Positions 40,190-58,959 are shown, counted from the stretch's first letter. The stretch: DNA of 64,000 bases from the human T2T-CHM13v2.0 reference genome, Homo sapiens (GCF_009914755.1 NC_060939.1), one strand, 5' to 3'. Made by a program: numbers and translations. The notes: a model not told the origin generated them from the letters alone.

Positions 40190-40264
40190 TCAGTCAATAC
40201 AATTCAATAGCCATTTCTAACAAAAATTAATTATAAAAATAGATGGTACCTCTTTAGCATCACT

Positions 40265-41603
<1,339 letters not shown>

Positions 41604-41819
41604 GAGAACACAATTTTTTAAAAAGACATTTATTCCAAATAAATCAGCATTTGCCAGAAACTAGTCTATAATGGAATGTCATATCAATATTATCATATCA
41701 ACAACATGATATATCGATCAATATTGTCATATCAATAATATCAATATTATTTAATTTTGCTTTAAAATTCTGGCTACATCAGTAAGACATGAAACATAAA
41801 TAAAAATATAAATATTTTA

Positions 41820-42653
<834 letters not shown>

Positions 42654-42885
42654 TTTTTTTCTAACCAGTTTAGTGGTTAGGTATACAATAGATATACAGA
42701 ATTAAATAGCGTTGTAATATATTATCAATGACTAGCTTGAAAATATAAAAAAATTTCATCCACAGTTTCAACAAATCATAAGTGAATTATTAACAAAAAA
42801 ATAATGCTCATAAGCATTTCTCTTTAATATTTCACTGTTAAGTTAAGGAAACAAAAATATGAGAAATGTTTTTTTTAAAAGCTGA

Positions 42886-43222
<337 letters not shown>

Positions 43223-43661
43223 GACAGCAGATTTCTTAATGGGCCATCCAGATACTGTGAAGATGAAAATATTTCTCCCTGCTCCCCCAAATTGTTTTTG
43301 GCAAATGCAATTCCAATTCAAATCTTGGCAGGATATTTCTTAAACAACTGATTAAATTATTCTAGAGTTAACCTAGAGGCATAAACAGATCAGATTTTCA
43401 AACAAAATTCAGAAAAAGAGCAATGGATAGTAAAAAGACAAGCTCTAGTAGACACTAAAGCATATTATATAGCAATGAGATTAAAATGTCATGGGTCTTG
43501 AATAAAAACACGCTGTTGAAGCAAAAATAGCAAGAATAGTGGAAAAACTCAGATCTAGAATTTATTATGTATAAAAAGTTGACATATGCTAAAGAAGGCC
43601 TCACACAAAACCATGGGGAAAAGGAGAGTTGATATATTTGTTAGAACAATTGATTAGAGAT

Positions 43662-43955
43662 GGCCGGGTGCAGTGGCCTGTAATCCCAGCACTTTGGGAG
43701 GCCGAGATGGGTGCATCATGAGGTAAAGAGATCAAGACCAGCCTTGCCAACATGGCGAAACCCTGTCTCTACTAAAAATATAAAAATTAGCTGGGCGTGG
43801 TAGCACGTGCCTGTAGTCCCAGCTACTTGGGAGACTGAGGCACGAGAATTGCTTGAACACAGGAGGCCAAGGTTGTGGTGAGCCGAAACTGCACCACTGC
43901 ACTCAAGCCTGGGTCACAGAGAGAGGCTTTGTCTCAAAATAAAACAAAAGCAAAA
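43662..43955 (+). mobile_element. AluS
   Basis: TSD AGAACAATTG(A/G)TTAGAGA. Confidence 0.95.
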
Positions 43956-44082
43956 GAACAATTGGTTAGAGACTTGGAAATGGAACAATTTACATGCTTA
44001 TAATATACCAATTTTTTTTTTAATCAAACTTCAGAAAAACAAGTTTCTAGTCTAACTAGGGAAGAGGCAAACAAATCTCATT

Positions 44083-44307
44083 CTTTCTTTTCCTTTTCTT
44101 TCTTTTTTTTTTTTTGAGACAGAGTCTTGCTCTATTACCCAGGCTGGAGTATAGAGGCACAATCACAGCTCGCTGTAACCTAAACTCCTGAGGTCAAGTG
44201 ATCTTTCTAACTCAGCTTCCTGAGTAAGGCATGTGCTGCCACGCCTGGCTAATTTTTTTTTTAACTTTTAGTAGAGAGGATATCTTGCTATGTTGCCTAG
44301 GCTGGAC
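44083..44307 (-). mobile_element. 5'-truncated AluJ
   Basis: Diverged Alu. Confidence 0.85.
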
Positions 44308-44659
44308 TGACAAATTTCAGTTTAACAAGGGAACTACTATTGCAGAAGGAAGAATAAAGTGTGTGAAACACAGAAGAGGGGCGTCCTAATTATGGCTAGA
44401 GGAATCAAGACAGCCTTGACCAATGAGCAGGCATTTATACTGGGTTTTGAGGGATGAGTGGGAGTTTGATAGGGATAAGAGAGAATACCCGTACAAGGAT
44501 GAGGTCATAAAAAGGCCCAGCATCCTGAATGTAATGAATAGAAGGAGGTGGGCAGAAGCATGTCCATGAGTTGAGGGAGCTGCTTGCCTGAACGCCTACT
44601 ACAAGTGTAGTACTCTTTCAACAATTTTAAGACACCGTGTCAACCTGATGGTAGTTTAG

Positions 44660-45360
<701 letters not shown>

Positions 45361-45414
45361 TTATGTTAGAAGTGGGTGTGCCCTTGGAGATAGTTTTGAA
45401 AAGGTAAATTGGAA

Positions 45415-45800
45415 AAGTGGATTAAAACCATCAATTCTTTGCAAGCTCCCTGTTTCAAAAGATAGAATTTATCTCCCTACCCCTTGAATCTAGGTCAGTC
45501 TTATATCATTCTTTCATACAATATAGCAGAAGTGTCATCATACGACTTCCAAGGAAGACCAGGCTCATGCTCCTGTATTCCTGAAAGTGCTGTGCTCTGA
45601 AAGACTATGAGGGAAGAGAGGCCCCAGCTAAACAGCCATCACAGCTCATCTGTCACCTACAGCTTCTCCATGAGAGAGTCCAGGCAACACTAGCAGCAGG
45701 ATTGCCCAGTCCACCCACAGAATCAAGAGAGATAATAAATTGTTGTTTTAAGCCACTAGGTTTGGGGTGTTTCTTACGGAGCAACAGACACTTGATAGAG
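45415..45800 (+). mobile_element. MLT1 LTR
   Basis: AATAAATTGTTGTTTTAAGCCACTAGGTTTGGGG 3' end. Confidence 0.7.
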
Positions 45801-45855
45801 TTGGGGACTAACTGCCTGGCCTCAAATGCAGAAGTATGTATTTTATCTCCTGGAC

Positions 45856-46402
<547 letters not shown>

Positions 46403-46851
46403 TCCTAGGCCAAACCATTCTGAGAATAAGAATCACCTGGGGGGTTATTAAAACTAGATTTCCAGACTCCTCCCCTAGAGATTCTTATTTATTGTGTCCA
46501 GATTATGACCTGCAATGTGAATTTTTTAAATGCTCAAGGTATTCTTATCAGAGGAATGTGAGAACTGCTACAGCAGAGACGAGGAACCAAAAGAGGTCTG
46601 ACCTGCTCATTTTGTGTTTCAGGAAGATCCTTCTGGAAGCGGTTGGAAGATAAATCGGGTAGGATGTGGGGGGATGTAGAAAAGAGAATAGAATTGGAGG
46701 CTATTACTTAAATTCAGGTGAGAAATAACAAGGGAGTTGTATAGGGCAGTGGTGGTGGGGGTGCATTCCAAAGATATTTCTAAGGCAGAATCAGTGAAAT
46801 TCATGACGAATTGGATATTGGGGAGAGGAGGGCTTAAGGAAAAAAAAATGA

Positions 46852-47160
<309 letters not shown>

Positions 47161-47670
47161 TTAAAGAACTTTTATACTTCAAATGATATCATCAAGCAAG
47201 TGAAAAGACAATATGCAAAATGGGAGAAAATATTTGCAAGTTACATATCTGAAAAGGGACTTGTATCTAGAACATGTAAGAACTCTTATGACCAACAATA
47301 AAAAGACAAACAACCCAATTAAAAAATGGGCAAAGATCTGAATAGACATTACTTCAAAGAAGATACCCAAATGGCCAATAAACACATGAAAAGATGCTCA
47401 ACATCATTAGCCATTAGGGCAATGCAAAGCAAAACCACAGTGATACACCACTTCATACTCACTAGGGTAGTTATAATCAAGAAGACTGATTATAACAAAT
47501 GTTGGCAAAGATGTGGAGAAACTGAAACTCTCACTCATTGCTGGTGGTTATGTAAAATGGTGTAGTCTCTATGGAAAACAGTCTGGCAGTTCCTCAAATG
47601 GCTAAACAGAGTTACCATATGACGCAGTGTCTACCTACTCCTAGGTAGATACCCAAGACAAATAAAAACA

Positions 47671-47960
47671 GGCTGGGCGTGGTACACCTGTAATCTCAGC
47701 ACTTTGAGAGGCCAAGCTGGGAGGACTGCTTAAGCCCAGGAGTTTGAGACCAGCCTGGGCAACATAGTGAAACCCCATCTCTACAAAAAATAAAAAAAAT
47801 TAGCTGGGCATGGTGGTGCATACCCGTAGTCCCAGCTACTTGGGAGGCTGAGGTGGGAGGATGGTTTGAGTCCAGTAGTTGAGGTGTCAGTGAGCTATGT
47901 TCATGCTACCACACCCTCACCAGGGTGACAGAGTGAGACCTCATCTGTTAAAAAAAAAAG
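47671..47960 (+). mobile_element. AluJ
   Basis: Diverged dimer. Confidence 0.9.
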
Positions 47961-48394
47961 TCCCTATAAGAACTTGGATAAAAATGTGAACAGGAGCACT
48001 ATTCACATAATGGGCAAAAAGTGGACAACAACCCAAATGTCTATAAATTAATGAATAAATGTGTTATATTAAATATTAATACAGTGAAATATTCAGCAAT
48101 AAAAGGAAATAAAGTGCTGATACATACTACAACACGATGAACTTTGAAAACCTTATGCTAAGTGAAAGTAGCCAGTCTCAAAAGACCACATATTATATGA
48201 CTACATATTTATGAAATGTCCAAAACAGGCAAAACTAGCCAGGCATGGTAGTTTGCACCCATAGACCCAGCTACTCAGGAGGCTGAGGCCAAAGGATCAC
48301 TTGCAAAACTTAAGGGACACACAGTAGCTTAATGGTTGCCTAGGGGTGGAGGTGGGCCATGGATTGGGGGAAAGGGGAATGTGACTGCTAATAG

Positions 48395-48712
<318 letters not shown>

Positions 48713-48841
48713 AAGGTTTCTTTATAGGGTGACAAAATGTTCTGAAACTGATTTGTGGTGATAACTGCACCACTGTGAATATACTAAAAACCACTGAATT
48801 GTATAATTTCTTTCATTTTTCTTTTTGTTTTTTCTTTAATA

Positions 48842-49100
48842 GGAGACAGAGTCTTGCTATGTTGCCCAGGCTGGAGTGCAATGGCCATGATCCCATTACT
48901 AATCAGCACAGGAGTTTTGACCTGCTCTGTTTTGGACCTGGGCAGAGTCCTCTTTCTTAGGCAACTTGATGGTGCCCCCCACCCTCTGTGGACACCAGTG
49001 GGTACAGTGCACTACTGCCCAGAACTCCTGGACTCGAGCAATTCTCCCAGCTCACCCTCCTGAGTAGCTGGGACCACCGGCATGTGTCACCGCGCCCAGC
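48842..49100 (-). pseudogene. 7SL (SRP RNA) retropseudogene
   Basis: Reverse complement keeps S-domain sequence absent from Alu (GTTGCCTAAG..., CCCAGGTC...GAGCAGGTCAAAACTCCTGTGCTGAT); T-rich tail on the left; TSD AATTGTAT at 48797 and 49102. Confidence 0.9.
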
Positions 49101-50054
49101 AAATTGTATTCTTTAAAAATGGGTAAGTTGTAATGATATGTGTGTTAAATCTCAATAAAGCTTGAGTTTCTAGCTTTAATAACTGGAAACATGGTGTCAC
49201 CATTAGCCAAAATTGGGACTACAGGAGGAAGAATGTGTTTGGGGGAAAATAAGCCTTGGACATATTGAATGGCTGTGATAAGCACACAGTGAATGTCCTG
49301 CTCTGGAACACAGGAAAGAAGATGGGGCTGGAAATAATAATGCATACACAATCATTTATTGAGCATCTGTTACATACCAGGTGCTGTGAATATGTTGTTT
49401 ATGTACACTGACCGGTAGGTTGCGTATGTATACTGTTTATTGTTTCTGCTCCCTCTCTTCCCCTGTGTAAGTCAATGAGAGAAGGGCCTTCATCTTTCTT
49501 AATGCTGTCTCCAGCACCTACAGCACAGGCTGGCAGAGAGTCGGCATATAGCATTTACTGGGTGAATAGAAATGCAGTATCTTTTAACCCTCATAACAAT
49601 CCTTTGTGGTAGGTTTTCGTTCCCATTTCACACAATTTTCTTAAGAGCACAAAGCTAGTAAGTGACAGTGGTCTGTCTGCATTCCACGTCACAATGCAAT
49701 ACTATAATCTCTCAATCTCCCAGAACGAATCTGGAACAAAGGAAAGCAGTAAAGGTCATGTAAACCCAATTTCTGCAAATTCATAATAACTGCATATGAA
49801 AATCCAACTGGGTTAGGTGCTGGAGTTAATACAACGATAAACTGGACAAGAATCGGAAGAAAAATACATTTAAGACAAAATCCGTAAGACTTGACGCATA
49901 ACCTTGCTAGTTCAAGAAGCTCTTTCACACATATTATGTTATTTAACCCCCACAAATAGCCTAACAAGTAGGTTTTATTACCATTCCAATCAGGCTTTTG
50001 TCCTCCACTTAAACTGTACTCCCCAAGGTGACTTCTGTGTTGCTAAATGCTCAA

Positions 50055-50200
50055 CAGGTACTCACTTCAGGCACAACATTTAAGGGAGCACCAAAAAACT
50101 AAGTGATCAAGATGAATAACATTTTTATTTTTTAAAATTAAAATTAATGCAAAAAAAAAATCCATGAATAACAAAATACCAACATTTAAAATAAAGAGGA
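50055..50200 (+). mobile_element. MER96B-like hAT fragment
   Basis: ATTTAAGGGAGCACCAAAAAACT...AAAATTAATGCAAAAAA. Confidence 0.55.
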
Positions 50201-50749
50201 TTCTCAGGACTGGGCTCGCCTACCTGGATGCCCTAACGGAACCCCTCATTCACAATAGGATTGAATGACCTCGAACTAAAGTGTCACGTACTTCCTGCTC
50301 GTGATGCTCGTGAGCCCGAACGAAGGCTGAAAAACTTCAGGGGGAGCCATTCTGCCTATCACCCCTAGTTCCAGCGCAGCAGCCCAGCGTGCACCACGCA
50401 GGTGGGAACTGACCCCGTGCTTTTGGAACAGGCTGGAACTGGGGGTGCTTGTGCCTGTGCATGTATGTATTGCACACGTGTGCATGCACGCTTCTCGTCT
50501 TGCTTCTATTTCCAAGTCCCAGTTCAGGACAGGGCAGAGAACTGCTTTCCAGTATGCGCCCTGAGCTCGGACTTTGCGCTTGCAGACTGAGGCGCCGGCC
50601 TGCATGGGAAGACAGAAGCTCAGAATTCCTTCCTGCACAAGTGGCAGGTGGAGTGCAACTCTTTTTGGTGCCTCAGTCCAAGACAGGGACACGCCATTCC
50701 CTGCGAGGTGGCAAAGGTACCTGAACCTACATAACCAAGCCCTTAAAGT

Positions 50750-51730
50750 CTCCGCGGCACCTCTTAATCGCCTTCCCGTAGCTATTGGAGGTAGAGAAAC
50801 CGCGGCGGGAAGCGCCCCAGAGAGGGCAGTGGAGCAAGGGACACTGGAGGTGCAGAAGGCGGAGGAGCATCTCCTTTCGCTCCGCCCCGCCTCTTTTCCT
50901 GCCTCCGGCCAATTGCCGTGCGCTCCGAGCCTTGACCCCGCCTCTCCCCGCCTCCTCCGGCCTGCGGCCCCGCCCGCGCCGGTAATAATTAGCGGGCGGG
51001 CGGGGCCCGCGCGTCAGCCGCGGGAGCCGGCCAATCCAGTGGCTCTCCTCCGCGGTCGCGTCATAGGCCGAACAACCAAACAGAAAAGTTTAATAAACAG
51101 CGGACGGAGGGGCCGGCGGTGGCGGAGCCGGAGCAAGCAGGGGTTCGGCGGCATTACCTGTACCCATTCACCGGCGGCTACCGGCGGCGGCGCGCAGCGT
51201 GTCAGGCGGAGAGACCCGCCGCCAGGTGAGGAGCGCGGCCCGCGGGGCCCGGCTTGCCCGGCGCTGCCCCTCCCCCGCCTGCTCCCTTCCCCCACCCGGC
51301 TGCAGCTAGGCGAGGCCCGCCCCCGGCCCCTCCCGGCGCCCGAGAGCCGGAAGCGGAGGGCGGCCGGCCGGCGCAGCAGGTGGTGGGCCCGCGGGGGCCG
51401 CGGGCGAGAGGGCGAGGACTCCCGGCTCCGGGGGTGGGGGCCGGAGATCGGCGGGTTCACCTCAGACGGCGCGCGGGCGCCCGCGGCCGGGGGCCGCTTC
51501 CTGTCAGGGTGGTCGCGCTGGGGTCGGGAGCCTCAGTTCTTCAGGGCCGCGGAGGCCGCGACGCGCGCCGCCCCGAGCGGGTTGCGAGCGGTTGGCTGGC
51601 GGGGGTCGGAAGGGCCCCGGGCACACTGGGGCGCGTCAGTTCCCCGCCTCCTCCGAGTCTCAGGTCCTCTTCGGGATGTTTTTCCACCTGCGGCGTTTTT
51701 CAGAAACCAGCCGGAGGCAGCCCGGTGTCT
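50750..51730 (+). promoter_or_regulatory. CpG-island promoter
   Basis: Abrupt GC- and CpG-dense stretch in an otherwise CpG-poor window; GC boxes at ~50967 and 50991-51006; CCAAT at 50909-50913 and 51031-51035; half-CRE GCGTCA at 51011 and 51058. Confidence 0.95.
51060..51225 (+). other. ZFAND6: Non-coding first exon (5' UTR), probably ZFAND6; start approximate
   Basis: Lies downstream of CCAAT/GC boxes, contains no ATG and ends in strong donor GCCAG|GTGAGG. Gene identity is recalled from the 5' UTR sequence and fits the >50 kb gene-free upstream region; not verified. Confidence 0.55.
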
Positions 51731-52056
51731 CCAACTCCTGACTGGCACCGGGAAGGGAATTGGTCTCTTTTTTTCCTGCTTGGGTTTAGCTTGCTTAGGA
51801 TTCTAAATTTTTTGTCTGCTTTTTTGAAATAGTTATATTTAAGTTTTAGCTACCTAAAAAAGTATGAAAGAATATTGTGTTTGAAATCTTTTTAACTTGG
51901 TTTTTAAGTCACGTGCTAACTATCCTACACAGTTGGGACGCTATGATTTACCTTCACATCTCGGAAGTTGTAACCAGTTGTGAGGAAGTTAGGACCTTGG
52001 GGTTACCTAAAGATAATTTATATTAAGTTGTTGGGCCATAAAAACTGGGCAGAATT

Positions 52057-52449
<393 letters not shown>

Positions 52450-54550
52450 TTAAGGTTAGTTGTTCGGTAACCATGTCACCAATTTTAAGGCACTTTCTGA
52501 GTTGTGTATAGTTTCTCCAGAGCCCTAGGGGAAATGTTTTGCAAAATATGCACGTTTAGCTTTCCAAAACAAGTTGTCTTTTTTATTTTTACTTTTTTAC
52601 GTTTTAAAATGTGTTTAAAGGGAGACATCACAAATGTGCAGGAGAAAATACAGGGGTCGGTGGATTTATTATCTTGTAGTGATAACTTTTTGGGTGTATG
52701 CATATGTCAGAACTTACACGTTTTACACTTCAAATATGTGCAGTTTATTGTCAACTATATGTCAGTAACGTTTTTAAGAAGTAACCAAAATATATTTAAT
52801 ACTACCAAAAAAAAACACGGTAAAGTATAAGCAGATAAAAACATCATAAATCCTTGATGACTCCCCCCAAACCCAAAACTGGAACATTACTAAAACTTGC
52901 ATTTGTCTATGAGTTTCTTATCTGTGCAGTGGATTTTGTGTATGTCACTTCCTTGACTTTTTGAAAAATAGTTTTATCATATATGTTTGTATGCCGAAAC
53001 TGTGTGGCATTTAATTTGTTTTTCTTTTGAGCTTTATAAAAATAGTATGTGGCTGTAGTTTATTTCATTGCTTTATGATATGTTAATCTGCCATAACTTA
53101 TGGGCACTTCGACCGTGTTTTTATTGTTTTTTATTTTGTTTTGTTATAAGCAGTCTTGGTCTGTGAACATTTCTTGTTTCCGGCTCTTGGTACACAAGTA
53201 CAAGAATTTCTCTAGAGTAAATACTTAATGTGGATTGCATTAGACGGTATTAGGTAATCAGGACTAGAATAGATTGAATTACTTAGAAATAAGATGAATG
53301 AAAAACATTAGGATTCTCTATTATGTTTAAATAGAAGATTCATAGCCGTAGTGATTGAACTAGTTCAACCTAGTTGAACATTTGCATGAAAACCCAAAAT
53401 TCCTGTTAACCTATGTGTAATGACTCTCTTACTTTGAAGTCACATTGTAAAAAGTCTGGCACTGTTTGGTATCTCCTTTTCAATGCAAAAATAGTATAGT
53501 AGAAAAAACGCTGGATTGTATGTAAAATAAATTATCCTTTCTGCTGTTCCTCTCCTCCCCTCTAATCTCTAGCAAATTACTTAAAAATTTCTCTTGTGCC
53601 TTAGCATACTCATGTAAAAGAAACTTGTCCTAAGCTTATCCTTCCACTTTTGCACAGACTTTAATTAAGGAAAACACCTGTCAAATGTCACACCCTTTAA
53701 GGGAAAGCATTAGGACCAAGGTGTTATTCTGTGGAATTAAATTTTGTATCCTTTGGAACATTTTTGGAAAAGTTGTGTGGTGGTTCAGGATTTGTTAACT
53801 CCATATTTAAATATGTTTTAGATTAGAGAATGCCCACAAGGTGTGTTTCCCGAGGATCTGTTTCATTATGCTAACAGGAACACAGCGACAAATTAGGGAA
53901 TAGTATCTCCTTACTATCCTGAAGATAGGTGTGTTTTTATGTGTTTCATGTTTCATTCATGTATGTAAGTGTGAATTTACATGTAATTTTGAATAACCTT
54001 TTTGTTTGAAGGCATGGGAGTAGAGATGGTTTCATTTTTTCTATATGTAGCTTGCAGACAAATATCAGGATGCTTTGTTTTGGTAGGGCTGTATTCTGCT
54101 TTTAAAAACCTTATTTTTTATTTAATTATAAGGACAATGTGTATATGGGGTTTTCCCCCTCAAACTTGAGAAAGAATAGAAAGTTACTAAGAAAAGCCAC
54201 CTATAACACCATGATAGATAACTATTATTAACATTTTGTCAGGTATACCCCTGGTCTTTATGTGTGTATTCTTAATATCCTAAACTATTAAGAGTCCATT
54301 CTAAACACTCTCAGCCTGGCTCTTTCTTAAGAACTTACCGAAATGTAATCTGCCTCACCATCTTATTTCATATAAGATGATAATAGAAGTCATCTGTTAC
54401 CATTGCTTCAACTTTTCTACTCTTCTGCTTCATTTAAATGTGTAAATTTGTAAATTACAGTATCTTACTCTCTGACTCAAAACCTCCCAGTAGCTTTTCA
54501 ATATACCAAATAAAATTGAAACCTCTTACTGTGGCTTATATACCTCAGAC

Positions 54551-55466
<916 letters not shown>

Positions 55467-56064
55467 TTCCATCTTATAAAAGTACTATAACCTAGTTATC
55501 TGTTGGGTGTAACTTAAGTTTATTATTTTTTTCTTATTATTATAAGTAGTGTGATAAATATAAGAGCTACTACTATGTATTTGTCATTGTTTCTTTCGGA
55601 TCTAGTCTGTCTTACAATCACTGAATCAAAGCATATGAACATTTCTTAAAGTCTTTTCATAAATATTGCCAAATTTTGTCCTTAAAAGTTTGACTAACAT
55701 CAAACTTTAATATCAAATTTGACTAAAAATATGACAGAATACACATTTCTTGTATATCTTTACCAGCATTATCTGTCTATCCATCTACCCTCCATCTTTC
55801 CTTCCCTTTCTATAGGAATCATCATATATTTCTTTAATTAATTATGATGGTAAATAAACCTGGATATTGGACATCTTCTAGTTTATCTTTTGCCCATTTT
55901 GGCTGGTGTTTTATATTTGTGATACCCTTTTAAACTTTTTATATTTTTAGGATTTAGGATAGCAACTCTGCTATATACTGCAAATATACATATACACACA
56001 AATATATATACACATGTATACATACACACACACACACACACACACGTATGTTTGGGTTTTTTAA

Positions 56065-56346
56065 AATGTTTTTTGAGACACGGTCTTGCTCTATCACCCA
56101 GGATAGAGGGCAGTGGTGCAGTCATGGTTCACTGAGGCCTCTACTTCCTGGGCTGAAGTGATTATCCCGCCTCAGCCTCCTGTGTAACTGGGATTACAGG
56201 CGTTCCCCACCATGCCTGGCAATTTTTTGTGGAGATGGGGTTTTACCATGTTGCCCAGAATGGTTTCAAACTCCTGGGCTCAAGCAATTTACCTGCCTTG
56301 GCCTCCCTAAGTGCTGGGATTACAGGTATGAGCCACTGGGCCTGGC
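56065..56346 (-). mobile_element. AluJ, preceded by a (TA)/(CA) repeat
   Basis: Diverged Alu. Confidence 0.9.
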
Positions 56347-56954
56347 ATGCAAATATTTTTCCTGGCTCTTCATTTACCTAACAGTGTTGTCTTTTCTCTT
56401 GCTCTCTCTCTCTCCCCCTTTTTTTTTTTTTTTTTTTTTAACAAAACAAAAAAACAGGCAAGGGTTTTTACTTTTTAAGAAAATTAGGTTAATACTTTCT
56501 TTTATGGCTTCTACTTTGCTTTTATATTTAAAGGCTTCTCCTACCCAGTTAAGTTTTCTTCTAGTTCTTTTACGGTTTCATATTTCACATCTGTCTTTTT
56601 CTGTTCATCTGGGATTTATTTTGACATATGTGAAGTGAAATAACCTCCCTTATTTTTCCTTAAAAATTTTGGCCCCACTAAAAAAAAAAACAACTTGTTG
56701 CCTTGAAATAAAGCTGCCTTTATCATATGTTAAATGCACATCTTCTTGGTTCTTTTTAGGTTTTATTGAAATATCAATGATTTGGTACCAGTGTACACTT
56801 GTATACATGGGGCATGGTATTTTCATTTTGTAAACAAGTGTGTTTCTGTTATTGTTTAAGTCTCCCCCCCATCCCCCTTTTTTGGTTGTTGCTTTGTTAG
56901 TCCTCAGATTTTTTAGTTTATTCTTTTGGGGCTTCAAATTAGTTTTGGTTTTGA

Positions 56955-57261
56955 TTTTTTTTTTTTTTTTTTTTTTTTTGGAGACAGAGTCTTACTCTGT
57001 TGCCCAGGCTGGAGTGTGATGGCATGATCTTGGCTCACTGCAGCCTTTGTCTCCAGGTTCAAGTGATTCTCATGCCTCAGCCTTCTGAGTAGTTGGGATT
57101 ACAGGGGTGTGCCACCACACCTGGCTAATTTTTGTGTTTTTAGTAGAGATAGGGTTTCATCGTGTTGGCCAAGCTGGTCTCGAACCCCTGACCTCAGGTG
57201 ATCTACCCACCTCGGCCTCCCAAAGTGCTGGGATTACAGGCGTGACCCACTGTGCCTGGCC
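56955..57261 (-). mobile_element. AluS
   Basis: TSD AGTTTTG. Confidence 0.95.
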
Positions 57262-57439
57262 AGTTTTGAATTTTTTAACTTAAAAAAATTGCAACTTTTA
57301 TAATATTTTATGTTTTATAATGAAAAAATGTAATCCTATTGAATGTTCCTCTGAGCATAGCTTTAGCTATATTACTTAAATTTTGATGAGTAATATTTTT
57401 ATGTTTATATATTTAAAAACCCCTGCAGTTGCAGTTTTT

Positions 57440-57690
57440 ATTTTTTCAACAAGTATTTAAGCACCTGCTCCATCTAGACATTCTGCCAAGTGCTGAGGAC
57501 ACAACTATGTACAAGACAAGGTCTCTTGCCTTCATCCAGTTACAGTCTGTCAATATAGACAAACCAACGAATAAAGAATTTTCAGATTTCGACAAGTGTC
57601 TAGGAAGTAAATAAATAATAGAAGGTGCTAATTGGATGATCTGAGACTGTCTCTCTGAGGATGTCATGTTTAAGTTGATTGGTGGTACCA
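57440..57690 (-). mobile_element. L2 fragment
   Basis: TTCAACAAGTATTTAAGCACCT...TGCCAAGTGCTGAGGACACA. Confidence 0.6.
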
Positions 57691-57750
57691 AGGTGTGTAT
57701 GGGAGTTTCTTTAGCTTTCCCAATCTATCGAAACATAAAAAAAAAAAAAA

Positions 57751-58029
57751 ACGGAGTCTCACTCTGTTGCCCAGGCTGGAGTGCAGTGGTGTGGTCTTGG
57801 CTCGCTGCAACCTCTGCCTCCTGGGTTCAAGCAATTCTCCTGCCTCAGCCTCCTGAGTAGCTGAGATTACAGGCATGCGCCACCATGCCCAGCTAATTTT
57901 TGTATTTTTAGTAGAGATGGGGTTTCACCACGGTGGCCAGGCTGGTCACAAATTCCTGACCTCAGGTGATCCACCCGCCTCAGCCTCCCAAAGTGCTGGG
58001 ATTACAGGCGTGAGCCACCACGCCCAGCC
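57751..58029 (-). mobile_element. AluS with anomalous tail
   Basis: Alu body intact; A-run where a T-run is expected. Confidence 0.95.
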
Positions 58030-58078
58030 GAAATGACTAAGTTTTTTTGGGAAAATATTTTGTGAAAATTGCTTTGCA

Positions 58079-58332
58079 GGCCTGGCTGAGATCACTTGAT
58101 GTCAAGAGTTCAAGACCAGCCTGGCCAACGTGGCGAAACCTCATCTCTGTTGAAAATACCAAAATTAGCTGGGCGTGGTGGCCGGTAGCTGTAATCCCAG
58201 CTACTCGGGAGGCTGAGGCAGGAGAATCACTTGAAACTTAGAGGCGGAGGTTGCAGTGAGCCGAGACTGCACCACTACACTCTAGCCTGGGCGACACAGT
58301 GAGACTCCATCTCCCAAAAAAAAAAAAAAAAA
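58079..58332 (+). mobile_element. AluS with a 5' internal deletion
   Basis: Alu consensus. Confidence 0.9.
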
Positions 58333-58959
58333 ATTGCAAACAGTTTGAAGCCTCTTCCCCATCTTCCAGCTGGATTGCTGCTCCAAAGCTTGTCCTGTGT
58401 AGAAAATTTGGAACTTTGATTCTGAGTTCTAAAATCAAGAAGTTGAAGGTAGTTTCCCATGTGAAGAGAACTGCTGGCACAAATGGTACATATGCAAAGT
58501 GCTTGACTTGACTTTGAATTTGACAGAAGATTAGAATGACTGGTGTTTACTGAGGGAGGACAGTGGGACAAGCTTTGTTTCAGGACTTGTTTGGGAGACT
58601 TTTATTTTTTATTTCCAAATGGTAGGGCTGCTTCCACCCCTCCTGCCTTCCTATGGAGTTTTGATTTTGTAATCCAAATCAGTCTCCTACAAATAGCATA
58701 TATTATTTTACCTCTTGTTACTTTTCTTCATTATTTCTACTGTTTTCAGTTTTCTCTACTCAAGACCTTTGCATATGCTTTTGTTTTGCTTAGTTGTGAT
58801 TTCCTTGAGGAATCCTTCCTTGATGCCACAAAATAGGTTAGGTCTTTCTCTTGGCTTCATGGGCTCATTTTATATTGGGCTTTTCTTTCATAAACATTTG
58901 TAACAACTCCAGTTCATTAAGTTTGTGTGAATTGTTTTAGCATCTATTTCTTCTTCCAG

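Noticed and set aside
50574-51806. 410-aa ORF and overlapping ORFs across the CpG island
   Set aside because: Non-ATG start, low-complexity R/G/P/A composition, runs through the promoter and splice donor; stop codons are rare in GC-rich DNA
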